This document shows positions 51,935 through 60,510 of a stretch of DNA of 64,000 nt, one piece after another. The notes beneath the pieces are model-generated. The model had not been told where the DNA came from, searched no databases, and saw nothing but the letters and a program-made list of their open reading frames with translations. The position numbers and the translations under genes were made by a program. This DNA comes from Planctomycetota bacterium. GTDB lineage: Bacteria; Planctomycetota; UBA8108; UBA1146. Each line of letters opens with the position of its first letter. Position 1 is the first letter of the stretch. The stretch is taken from positions 34,149 through 98,148 of the forward strand of contig JABHOG010000047.1 in assembly GCA_018694835.1 (NCBI GenBank), written 5' to 3'.

Positions 51935-53446
51935 TTACGGGCAGATTCCGAAACTGACGCACTCGAGCGGATCCCCGGTCGGATCCACTCCGCAGCCTGG
52001 AAACGGCGCCGGCGGATTGAGCCCGGCGCTGAAGAGATAGGCGAGCAGGTAGATGACGTCTCCCACATCGATCGATCCGTCGTCGTTGACGTCGCTGGCG
52101 TCTTGACAGACCGGAGTGGCTCCCCCAACAAAGATGTAAGCGAGCAGGAACACCGCATCGGCCACCGAGATGGAATCGTCATCATTGCACTCGCCGCGAC
52201 TGAAACTCTGACAAACATCGAGGATCCCATCGACATTCTGATCGGTGGTGGCAGAAAGTTGGCAGCTATCTGGCACCCCGTCTCCGTCACAGTCACCGAT
52301 TCCGTTGTCGATATCACACTCATCCGGAATCCCATTCTGATTGCAGTCGGGCCCGCCGTACTGGTTGAGGTAGATCTGATCGGGAACGCTGAGATTCCCC
52401 ACCACCAGATCGAGGTCCTCGTCACCGTCGAGGTCTCCCAGGGCCACGGCTCGGCTGCTCGATGATCCAAGAAGCTGGCCACGGCCCGAAAAGGTACCAC
52501 TTCCATCGTTGGCGAAGATTCGATCGGGTTGATTCAGGTTTCCGCAGATGAGATCGAGGTCGTCATCGGCATCGATGTCGCCACTGGTCAGCGCGAGAGT
52601 GTTGGAGGAGCCGAGCCGCTGGCCACTGTCCAGAAAGGAACCGGTTCCATCGTTGAGATAGACCAGGTTCGGCTGACCGAAGTAATTGGCCACCGCCAGG
52701 TCGAGGTCGCCATCGGAGTCGAGGTCTGCCAGCACCACTTCGACGCTGGAGTTGCTTCCGAGTGCCTGAGCGGTATACGAGAAGTTGCCGTTACCATCAT
52801 TGAGATAGACTCGATTGGGTTGGTCGAGGTAATTCCCGACCACCAGATCGAGGTCGCCATCGGCATCGATGTCTCCCAGTGCCACACTGTAGCTGAAACT
52901 GAAACCCAGCGACTGGCCGGTGTCGGCGAAGAAGCCGTCCCCGCCGTTGCGATAGAGCTGATTGGGTTGGCCGTCGACATTGCCGACCACCATGTCGAGA
53001 TCGCCATCGGAGTCGAGATCCCCGAGAGCCACCGAGAAGGTCAGATCAGAGCCCTGCGCCTGACCGCTATCGGTGAAGAGGGCGTCTCCGTCATTGAAAT
53101 AGATCCGGTTGGGTTGGCCACTATTGCCGACCACCAGATCGAGGTCGCCGTCGGAGTCGAGATCGCCGAGTGTCACGGAACCGCTATCACCGCTGGCCAG
53201 TGCCTGGCCACTGTCGAGGAGGATTCCGTCCCCTACATTGAGGAAGATGAGATTGCCTTCACCCCAGTTCGCGATCACCAGATCGAGATCTCCATCCGCA
53301 TCGAGATCTCCCAGGGCCACCGACTGGGTATTGCCCGACGAGAGCGCCTGCCCACTCTCGATGAAGGTGCCACTGAGTGCACAGGGGTCAACTTGCCCCG
53401 AAAGGGTCGAGCCCATCGAGACCAAACAGAACAGCCAGAACCGCAT
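51935..53446 (-). CDS. Secreted FG-GAP repeat protein (7+ integrin-alpha-type repeats) with C-terminal dockerin-like module
   Basis: Signal peptide MRFWLFCLVSMGS. Very regular repeats (ALGDLDxDGDLDLVVGN...PNxxYxNDGxGxF). A Cys-rich Ca-binding-like segment (CNQNGIPDECDIDNGIGDCDGDGVPDSC). C-terminal CNDDDSISVADAVFLLAYIF and VNDDGSIDVGDVIYLLAYLF, then CGVDPTGDPLEC. Confidence 0.75.
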   Translation of the reverse strand: MRFWLFCLVSMGSTLSGQVDPCALSGTFIESGQALSSGNTQSVALGDLDADGDLDLVIANWGEGNLIFLNVGDGILLDSGQALASGDSGSVTLGDLDSDGDLDLVVGNSGQPNRIYFNDGDALFTDSGQAQGSDLTFSVALGDLDSDGDLDMVVGNVDGQPNQLYRNGGDGFFADTGQSLGFSFSYSVALGDIDADGDLDLVVGNYLDQPNRVYLNDGNGNFSYTAQALGSNSSVEVVLADLDSDGDLDLAVANYFGQPNLVYLNDGTGSFLDSGQRLGSSNTLALTSGDIDADDDLDLICGNLNQPDRIFANDGSGTFSGRGQLLGSSSSRAVALGDLDGDEDLDLVVGNLSVPDQIYLNQYGGPDCNQNGIPDECDIDNGIGDCDGDGVPDSCQLSATTDQNVDGILDVCQSFSRGECNDDDSISVADAVFLLAYIFVGGATPVCQDASDVNDDGSIDVGDVIYLLAYLFSAGLNPPAPFPGCGVDPTGDPLECVSFGICP

Positions 53447-53567
53447 CGCCGACACACCTCTTGTTTCAGAGTACGCGAGCACGCACTCGCTGAAATCGGG
53501 AACTCTTGAAGGAGATTCTCCACCGAATTATTCCGCAATCCCACTTCGGGGTCAGGGGATAAAGGTG

Positions 53568-53641
53568 TGGGTCCTGCAGGACTCGAACCTGCGACCAACG
53601 GATTATGAGTCCGTCGCTCTAACCAGCTGAGCTAAGGACCC
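53568..53641 (-). tRNA. tRNA-Met (anticodon CAT; elongator-type, could alternatively be a lysidine-modified tRNA-Ile2)
   Basis: GGGTCCTTAGCTCAGCTGGTTAGAGCGACGGACTCATAATCCGTTGGTCGCAGGTTCGAGTCCTGCAGGACCCA. The 1:72 pair is G:C, so it is not an initiator. No CCA encoded. Confidence 0.85.
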
Positions 53642-53771
53642 ACCGATCCCTCATCGTTGCAATTGTGTCCAGTTCCAGTGTGGCCTCTTCGACGGGCCAG
53701 CAGCACAGGATGGCGTTTTGGCGCCGACGGAACAAGGGCAGGTTGGCCACTTCGTGAGGATTCAGAAGATG

Positions 53772-54956
53772 TCACCCCTCGAGCCGGATGCGACCCAACG
53801 ATTCCTCCAGCGTCGCCACCACCTCGTCGATCTGGGCCGGCTTCAGTCGAGGATGCAGCGGCAAGGCGAGCATCCTTGGCGAGATCTGTTCGGTCACGGG
53901 AAGTGAAGCCGATGGAGACTCATCGTAGGGAGCAAAGGTAGCGATGGAGGGGAAGTAGAGACCGGTCTCGATGCCGTGCTTGGCCAGATCCTCACGCAAT
54001 GGAGCACGCCAGCGGGGATCTTCGAGCAGCACGACGAAAGCGAACCAGCTGCGGCGGTCTCCGGCGCCGGAACTGGTCGGCGCCGGCGCAGCAACGACTC
54101 CCGGGATCGATTCGATCCGCTCCAGATACAGATGGGCCAGATGCTGACGGCGTTCGATCAGAGCATCGAGTCGAAGCCACTGGCTGGCACCGAGTGCCGC
54201 CTGCATCTCTGTCAGACGGAAGTTGTAGCCCTCCCCCTCGAAGCAGAAGCCGCCAGCGGTGCGGCCCTGGTTGGCCAGTTGGCGCACGCGATCGGCGAGC
54301 GCCTGGTCGCGACAGCTGACCAGTCCACCTTCGCCCATCGTGATGATCTTATTGGGGTAGAACCCGAACACAGCGGCATCCGCGGCAGCGCCGCAAGGAC
54401 TGTCACCGTGACGAGATCCGAGCGCCTCGCAGGCGTCTTCTATGACCGGAACAGCGCGCTGTTTCGCCCACTCGACGATGGCGTCGATGGGCACCTGGAC
54501 TCCGAGCAGATCGACGGGAATCACCGCACTGACATCATCACTCCAGGCCGCCTCCAGTTGCTCGAGGCCGACGCAGAGCGTCTCGCGATCGACATCGCAG
54601 AAGCGCGGTGTGGCACCGACGGCACGAATGGCGTGGGCCGTAGCGATGAATCCGAGAGCCGGAGTGATCACCTCCCCCCCCGAAACACCGAGTGCACGCA
54701 AGGCCAGTATCAGACCTGCGGTGCCACTACTGCAGGAGACGGTGGGTCGACGGAAGGTATCAGAGGCGAGTTGTTCCAGTTGCCCGATGGCAGGACCGCC
54801 AGCGAGTCGGCCACTCCGCAGAACCGCATCGACGGCAGCACGGTCATGGTGATCGATGTCTGGAGATGAGAGAGATATACGCCAGGGGTGAGTCACACCT
54901 GTTGCTCCCGCAGCGTCAACCTCGGGAATCAGCGGGCGATCCTCGACCGGTGTCAC
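53772..54956 (-). CDS. DegT/DnrJ/EryC1/StrS family PLP-dependent sugar aminotransferase
   Basis: Family blocks in order: SSGTAGLILAL, GDEVITPA-like GGEVITPALGFIAT, PLP-Lys region FYPNKIITMGEGG, RQLANQG and YNFRLTEMQAALG. The start is either the GTG at 54956 or the GTG at 54896 (GGGAGC upstream). Confidence 0.8.
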   Translation of the reverse strand: MTPVEDRPLIPEVDAAGATGVTHPWRISLSSPDIDHHDRAAVDAVLRSGRLAGGPAIGQLEQLASDTFRRPTVSCSSGTAGLILALRALGVSGGEVITPALGFIATAHAIRAVGATPRFCDVDRETLCVGLEQLEAAWSDDVSAVIPVDLLGVQVPIDAIVEWAKQRAVPVIEDACEALGSRHGDSPCGAAADAAVFGFYPNKIITMGEGGLVSCRDQALADRVRQLANQGRTAGGFCFEGEGYNFRLTEMQAALGASQWLRLDALIERRQHLAHLYLERIESIPGVVAAPAPTSSGAGDRRSWFAFVVLLEDPRWRAPLREDLAKHGIETGLYFPSIATFAPYDESPSASLPVTEQISPRMLALPLHPRLKPAQIDEVVATLEESLGRIRLEG

Positions 54957-54959
54957 CCT

Positions 54960-55295
54960 CTATACAGCCGGAGGCGCAGGAGGACTGGAGGGGTCTGACT
55001 CGTTCTCGGAAGCCGGTTGCATCTTTTCTTTCATCATACGACCCGCCTTGAACTTGACCGTGACCTTCTCGGGCACCTGGATGCGGGCACCGGTGCGCGG
55101 ATTCCGAGCGGTGCGGGGCGCCTTTGACTTGGGTTCAAAGACGCCAAAGTCACGGAACTCGAGACGATTCCCGGAAGCCAGTTCCTTGATGATTTCATCG
55201 AGAAAACCCTGGATCACTTCCTTGGCCTTCTGCTGCTGGACTTTGGTATTTTCGGAGATGCGCTGGACCAGATCACGCTTGGTGATGGTATTCAT
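54960..55295 (-). CDS. HU/IHF family DNA-binding protein
   Basis: MNTITKRDLVQRI...FGVFEPKSKAPRTARNPRTGARIQVPEKVTVKFKAG has the HU/IHF beta-arm signature (R-N-P-x-T-G). An extended PAS-rich C-tail follows. Confidence 0.85.
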   Translation of the reverse strand: MNTITKRDLVQRISENTKVQQQKAKEVIQGFLDEIIKELASGNRLEFRDFGVFEPKSKAPRTARNPRTGARIQVPEKVTVKFKAGRMMKEKMQPASENESDPSSPPAPPAV

Positions 55296-55504
55296 GGAGC
55301 GAGCTCCTTACTTCCACAAAACACCCGCCCCATCGACCGTTGAGATCGTGCCACCTTGAATTCAGAGGTTCATCCTGTAGACCCCTGTGACATACGGGTT
55401 TGTGACTTCGAGGCTAGCACGCAGTGGACGCTCCCGCAACGAGCAGAATTGCCCTTTCCCCTGCCAAGGTAACGACTTACCGAAATCGACAGTGTAGGGC
55501 TAAA

Positions 55505-55560
55505 AAGAGCCTCTGGAGCGCTTCTGGCACCCAACGGCGCCTGAAACGATCCAGAGGATC
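55505..55560 (-). terminator. Probable intrinsic terminator after the parA small-gene pair
   Basis: On the minus strand, the inverted repeat CCTCTGGA ... TCCAGAGG encloses a GC-rich internal hairpin and is followed by CTCTTTTTAG. Confidence 0.4.
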
Positions 55561-55587
55561 AGGGATGGATTACGTGGGAGTCCCTCT

Positions 55588-55830
55588 TCAGGACGCTTGC
55601 TTGCTGCCCGCTGACTTGGCCACTGCCTTGCTGGTGCTCTTGCGGGAAGATGTCGATACGCCGCCGCAGCGAGCGGATCCGGTTCGTGACTGGACCGGGC
55701 GGCTGTACCCCAGTCCCTTGGCGATTCCGAGCACTTCTGTCCAGGAAAGGAACAACTTATCGTGCTGCTTCTTGTAGGACTCGATGGCGCGAACAAACTC
55801 GAGTTCTTCTTGGTTGAGCGACTTGGCCAT
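55588..55830 (-). CDS. 80-aa protein with basic S/K-rich tail, encoded directly downstream of parA (candidate ParA partner / centromere-binding protein)
   Basis: MAKSLNQEELEFVRAIESYKKQHDKLFLSWTEVLGIAKGLGY... is a helical N-terminus. It is followed by SRKSTSKAVAKSAGSKQAS. RBS GGAGG 7 nt before the ATG at 55830. No full ParB is present. Confidence 0.45.
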   Translation of the reverse strand: MAKSLNQEELEFVRAIESYKKQHDKLFLSWTEVLGIAKGLGYSRPVQSRTGSARCGGVSTSSRKSTSKAVAKSAGSKQAS

Positions 55831-55912
55831 GTGGCCTCCTGACTGATCTGTTCCGGGTGGTGTGTGAGTCTCTACACCACTTCTTCGGTCATCCGAAGCG
55901 GCAACTGAAGGG

Positions 55913-56740
55913 TCAGATGACGATATCTCGCTCGGCCAGGGTGAGCGATAAGCGCTCGACCAGCTCTTGACACAAATCCTCGATCTCACCGGCAGCAGGG
56001 CCGTGCGGGTCATGACCAAAGATGGACACTCCAAAAGATGGCGCCTCGGCCACCTTGACCCGTGACGGGATCAGCGTCCGGGTCACCTGATCGGGGAAAT
56101 GGCGTCGGAGCTCTTCGACCACCTCGCGCGACAGTCGCGTGCGAGGATCGACCATAGTGGGCACCACCGCATTCCACTGGAGACCGGGATGGAGCCGCTC
56201 CTGGACCAGCGTGATGATCTTCATCAACTGAGCCATTCCCTGTAATGCCAGATACTCCGCCTGCACCGGTACGACCACCTCGTCCGCTGCGGCAAGTGCG
56301 TTGAGCGATAACAAGCCAAGGGAGGGAGGACAATCGAGAAGGATCAGATCGAACTCAACATCGAGGGTGTCGAGAGCATCGCGAAGCAACATTTCGCGCC
56401 CTAGTTCCTGCGAGAGTTCCCCCTCGGCACCTGAAAGGTCGATATGGGACGGTACCAGTGACACCCCCTCGCCAACGACCTCGAAGATACACTCCGACAG
56501 TGGTTTCTCACGTCGCAAGGCCGATTCGATGGTGTTGTGCTCGATTCGCTCGAGGCTGCCCTCGGCCAGAGAATCGCCAAGGGAGAGAGTCAAGTGCGCC
56601 TGGGGATCGAGGTCGATCATCAACACGCGAAAGCCGAGTTTCGCCCAACCCACCGCACAGTTGAGGACCAGAGTCGTCTTGCCGACACCACCCTTTTGGT
56701 TGATGAATGCAATCCGAACTTCACGATGTGGATTCGACAT
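55913..56740 (-). CDS. parA: ParA/Soj-type partition ATPase
   Basis: Deviant Walker A NQKGGVGKTT, DLDPQ, LLDCPPSLG and the conserved C-terminal helix. ATG at 56740. Confidence 0.85.
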   Translation of the reverse strand: MSNPHREVRIAFINQKGGVGKTTLVLNCAVGWAKLGFRVLMIDLDPQAHLTLSLGDSLAEGSLERIEHNTIESALRREKPLSECIFEVVGEGVSLVPSHIDLSGAEGELSQELGREMLLRDALDTLDVEFDLILLDCPPSLGLLSLNALAAADEVVVPVQAEYLALQGMAQLMKIITLVQERLHPGLQWNAVVPTMVDPRTRLSREVVEELRRHFPDQVTRTLIPSRVKVAEAPSFGVSIFGHDPHGPAAGEIEDLCQELVERLSLTLAERDIVI

Positions 56741-56852
56741 TCATTCCCCCTCTTACCCCAGCCGGTTCGATGAGACTAAACCGCGGAAGTGTCTTCAGCA
56801 AGTGGGATCCACGACTCTGGATGTGGCAAGCATCGCTGACTATTCTTCTTAC

Positions 56853-57440
56853 ATGAAGAACCTGAGCTGCTGCCACTTATCCTTTGCCCTCGCTGCCCCC
56901 GAAAGACTGGCGGTCGAGACCGCCCTGTCTCAGTCTCTTCAGCAGCACACCGCCGAAGAAGTGGAAGAAACGATTCTTCAGTCGATCCCCTACAGTGGTT
57001 TCCCTGCTGCGGTGGAAGCGCTCGGCTGGCTTCGAGAGCGATTCCCCACGGCATCTTCACAACGCCCCACTTCTTCAGCAAGGACTACAGGTCTGTTCGA
57101 CAGCGTCTACGGTACTGCACGAGAACGAGTTCTCGAATCACTTCGAAAGCGACACCCCGACCTCGAAACCTGGATCGAGCAGTTCGCCTACCGGACGGTG
57201 ATGGACTCTTCGTGGTTGGATGCCGCGCAGATCGAGTCACTGGCGGTCGCATCGCTGATCGGACAGGGGCGAATGAGTCCCTTGCACTCCCATCTTCGCG
57301 GCGCATTACGAACCGGCGTAAAAGCGTCCGAACTGAAGGAACTACTCGACTCGCTCGAACCGCTAGCACACCCAGAAGTACTGGAAGCGAGCCGCGAATT
57401 GCTGCGCCAATTGACCCTCAAGGACCAACCCGATCACTGA
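56853..57440 (+). CDS. Carboxymuconolactone decarboxylase (CMD/AhpD-like) family protein
   Basis: LQSIPYSGFPAAVEALGWL and LHSHLRGALRTGVKASELKELLDSL match the CMD-fold helices. Start set at the ATG at 56853, because the upstream part of the track ORF is antisense to parA. Confidence 0.5.
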   Translation: MKNLSCCHLSFALAAPERLAVETALSQSLQQHTAEEVEETILQSIPYSGFPAAVEALGWLRERFPTASSQRPTSSARTTGLFDSVYGTARERVLESLRKRHPDLETWIEQFAYRTVMDSSWLDAAQIESLAVASLIGQGRMSPLHSHLRGALRTGVKASELKELLDSLEPLAHPEVLEASRELLRQLTLKDQPDH

Positions 57441-57458
57441 GTTGCGGCTCCAACTCCA

Positions 57459-57986
57459 TCAGAACTGGCGCGAATCATAGGCCCAGTGAAGAAGTGCCTG
57501 TCGTTGGCGGGGACGACAATCCAGGTCTCCCGGGCCGCAGTTCTTGACCACCTGACTACGATGACGACGCATCTGTCGCCAACGACGAATCTGTCGGGCG
57601 TCATCTTCGCCACGACGCCCCATGTAGTACCTGCAATACCACTGGAACCAACCGCGCGGATCATTCTCATCTATCCAGCCACGGACATACCATTCGCGTA
57701 GAGGCTGCGAGGCACGAATCTTGAAAAAATTGAGTTGAGGATCGGGAATCCCGGGCGACAACTTGGCCTTTCGAAACCACGAGTCCGGGAACTCGTCGCG
57801 ACAATCGGTCATGTAACAGCCACCGAAAACCCCCAGTTCCAGCATCTGTCGAGGTGTCAGTTCCGGTTCAAATTCAGGATCGAACTTCTTCCCCACGGCG
57901 ACTGTCCGCTGATAAATGTAGCCCTCTTGCATCGAGTCATGAACCATCACTCGGACCGGAAGCATGCTTGAATGAGATTTCGTCAC
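57459..57986 (-). CDS. Conserved hypothetical protein (Cys/Trp-rich, DUF-type)
   Basis: MLELGVFGGCYMTDCRDEFPDSWF...RGWFQWYCRYYMGRRGEDD. GTG start. Co-directional with and 8 bp after the aminotransferase. Confidence 0.5.
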   Translation of the reverse strand: MTKSHSSMLPVRVMVHDSMQEGYIYQRTVAVGKKFDPEFEPELTPRQMLELGVFGGCYMTDCRDEFPDSWFRKAKLSPGIPDPQLNFFKIRASQPLREWYVRGWIDENDPRGWFQWYCRYYMGRRGEDDARQIRRWRQMRRHRSQVVKNCGPGDLDCRPRQRQALLHWAYDSRQF

Positions 57987-57994
57987 GAATCTAT

Positions 57995-59179
57995 TTATCC
58001 CAGTTTTAAATGTTGCGAGATGGCGGCAGCGATTCTTTCGCTATCTTCCCAGGTCGCGACCATCGAGAGACGAACAAATTGCTCCCCCGGACCGTGTTGA
58101 TCCGGATCCCCGACCAGCGCCGCCGAAGGGATCGTCACGGCCAGAATCTTTTCATCGAGCAACGCCTCCGACAGCTGTGTACTGGTGATTCCTTCCGGCG
58201 CTCTTTGCCACACATAGAGACTCGCCTCCGGCTCACTTCTTGGCAGTCCGGCCTGTTCAAATGCCGCCACGAACAGATCGCGTCGCTTTCGATAGCCCGC
58301 TCTCATCTCGACCACATGCGACTCGTCCGAATAAGCGGCGATGGCGGCTTCCTGGATGAACCAGGGAGTTCCCGTATCGATATTGGCCTTCAGCTTACGA
58401 TAGAGCGCGATCACTTCAGGATCACCGGCAACCCACCCCACTCGGTATCCGGTCATCGCTGATCGTTTCGAGAGAGAGTTGAAGACCAGCACTCCTTCTT
58501 TGCCTTCCTCGAGCGCCGAATGGGGCGGCTCGTCGAAGTAGATCTCGGAGTAGGCCTCGTCACTACAGGCGATGATGTTGCGATCACGGCACCACTGCAC
58601 CCACCGTTTCAGAAACTGTGGCGAAGCGACCCGACCCGAGGGGCTCGAAGGTGTCGTCAACCAGAAGATCTTGGCTCGTTCTGCGATTTCATCCGGAATC
58701 GAATCGAGATCCGGCAAGAAGTCCGTCGCTTTCTGGATCGCCGTGTAATAAGGCACCCCTTCGGCAAACAAGGTTCCACCGCCATAGGGCGGGTAACCGG
58801 GATCGGGACAAATCGCCACATCGCCAGGATTGAGCAAAGCTTCCGGCAGATGGAAAATCGATTCCTTGGAACCGACCGACGAAACGATTTCAGTTTCTCC
58901 ATCGATCGAGACGCCAAAACGACCTTCAAACCAATCGGTCACAGCCTGGCGAAAAGGCTGACTACCGGCAAAGGGTGGATAGCCACTGGTGGCATGTCGC
59001 TCGATCCCCTCGGCACAGGCGCGACGAATGAACTCGGGAGTCGCTGCCGAAGGATCACCCATGCCAAAGTCGACCGGATGGAGCCCCTTGGCCCGTAGTT
59101 GCTCGGTGCGTTGGCGAACGGCGGCCATCGCATAGGTGCCTATACTGGAGATCCTGTTCGATCCGATACCCATCGTCAT
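57995..59179 (-). CDS. Class I/II PLP-dependent aminotransferase (LL-diaminopimelate/aspartate aminotransferase-like)
   Basis: SLSKRSAMTGYRVGW (PLP-lysine block), FNSL and the N-terminal GYPP..G motif. Confidence 0.8.
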   Translation of the reverse strand: MTMGIGSNRISSIGTYAMAAVRQRTEQLRAKGLHPVDFGMGDPSAATPEFIRRACAEGIERHATSGYPPFAGSQPFRQAVTDWFEGRFGVSIDGETEIVSSVGSKESIFHLPEALLNPGDVAICPDPGYPPYGGGTLFAEGVPYYTAIQKATDFLPDLDSIPDEIAERAKIFWLTTPSSPSGRVASPQFLKRWVQWCRDRNIIACSDEAYSEIYFDEPPHSALEEGKEGVLVFNSLSKRSAMTGYRVGWVAGDPEVIALYRKLKANIDTGTPWFIQEAAIAAYSDESHVVEMRAGYRKRRDLFVAAFEQAGLPRSEPEASLYVWQRAPEGITSTQLSEALLDEKILAVTIPSAALVGDPDQHGPGEQFVRLSMVATWEDSERIAAAISQHLKLG

Positions 59180-59280
59180 CCTCTCCGGTTGGTCCTGCCC
59201 AGGTCAGGAAACTGCGCTGATACTGGTCGCGAAGATGGTCGCGAGCAAGGGACTCAACACCATCCTGACCCTTCTTCCGG

Positions 59281-60429
59281 TCAAGGACGAGCCGAGTTGC
59301 TCTGCCAGATCATCAATCCACGTAACAGGTGACAACCATCCCCAAAAGTTCGTTCCCAGGTCTCTCGATCCTGCGCCTCGGTTTGCGCCGAGAGCAATTT
59401 CCCCTGCGGATCCACCACCTCGAGGAGGCGAGTCTGGATCTGGCTCGCCGCCTCCAGGCTTTGCTCGACAGCGATCTCGACCTGCTGGGCGCTGAGCAGG
59501 CCGAGGGCACGACAGCGACCGAAGAGGTCGAGCCCATGCCCCGCCAATTTCATGCGCGCCAACAGCGCGTGGCGCGCCGCTCGGCGAGGGGAGACTCCTG
59601 CCGCCAGCGCTCGCTGCTCCTCGTCGAGTCGAAACTGCAGTTCCCAGGAGACGCGCCGGGTCGTCAGTAACAATCCATCGATCAAGCGCAGTCGATCTGC
59701 AGCGGTCAGATAGCCCGCTCCGACCGACTCGACCAGCGCAGAGAAGAGGTGCAATCCGCCACAGGTGTAGGCCCAGGTGCCAGACTGTTCCGGACCCAGT
59801 GATCCGTCGGGACGACCACCCTCCTCCAGGCAGCGGTGTACGACCCGGTCCGATTGTTCCACCGCATCGAGCAGCGTTCGGGCCAGTGTCGCAAGATCGG
59901 CATCTGCGGTGGCGGTCGTGGCGGGCAGTTTCAATACCGCTGCCGCCTCGACCAACCAGGCGAGATCGTTGATTTGCTTCCAATGGGTGGGAATGCTCGT
60001 GGCGGCCAGCGCACGCTCAATTCGCTGCTTCAGATGTGGAGTGTGAGTCGACGGGAGCACCCAGGCAGCGGTGCGAAGGAGCAGGTGAGGGTGCTGCTCA
60101 CCACGGTGACCATCGGCACCATGCAACGGGATCTGCACCTTTTCATCCTCGATCTGTCCGATCCACCTCGCCCGAACTGCGGCGAGACGGTTCGCTTCGG
60201 GGAATGCCAGCATCAGGTGAGCCCCAGCCCAGGGATCAGTGCTGGCGAGTCCAGCATCGAGGATCCTCGACGAAAAGGTCGCTGCCGGATCGAGCGGGAT
60301 GGATGGGGTGCAGCCGATCACCAACGAGAAGATGGGCCAGATCAGCCAGCGCTGAACTACACCTCTCCTCCACACGTGACGGGTCGATTGAACTGATGGC
60401 GGCAACTCGCGCCTCCTTCCCCGCTCCAT
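59281..60429 (-). CDS. Hypothetical lipoprotein
   Basis: RRGVVQRWLIWPIFSLVIGC gives a lipobox VIGC. ATG at 60429 (M40 of the track ORF). A GTG at 60375 that would give a 22-aa signal is an alternative. No recognisable domain. Confidence 0.45.
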   Translation of the reverse strand: MERGRRRELPPSVQSTRHVWRRGVVQRWLIWPIFSLVIGCTPSIPLDPAATFSSRILDAGLASTDPWAGAHLMLAFPEANRLAAVRARWIGQIEDEKVQIPLHGADGHRGEQHPHLLLRTAAWVLPSTHTPHLKQRIERALAATSIPTHWKQINDLAWLVEAAAVLKLPATTATADADLATLARTLLDAVEQSDRVVHRCLEEGGRPDGSLGPEQSGTWAYTCGGLHLFSALVESVGAGYLTAADRLRLIDGLLLTTRRVSWELQFRLDEEQRALAAGVSPRRAARHALLARMKLAGHGLDLFGRCRALGLLSAQQVEIAVEQSLEAASQIQTRLLEVVDPQGKLLSAQTEAQDRETWERTFGDGCHLLRGLMIWQSNSARP

Positions 60430-60510
60430 CAGATCGTATCGAGATCGTTGGAGCAAGGTTCCTTGCCCACAGCGCCGTCCCGGGGCACTCTCTTGCCGGG
60501 AGGAGTCTCG

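Noticed and set aside
56301-56852. N-terminal 184 codons of the 379-aa plus-strand ORF
   Set aside because: Antisense to parA and of low complexity (Ser/Arg-rich). The real gene was trimmed to the ATG at 56853, where the CMD-like sequence begins.
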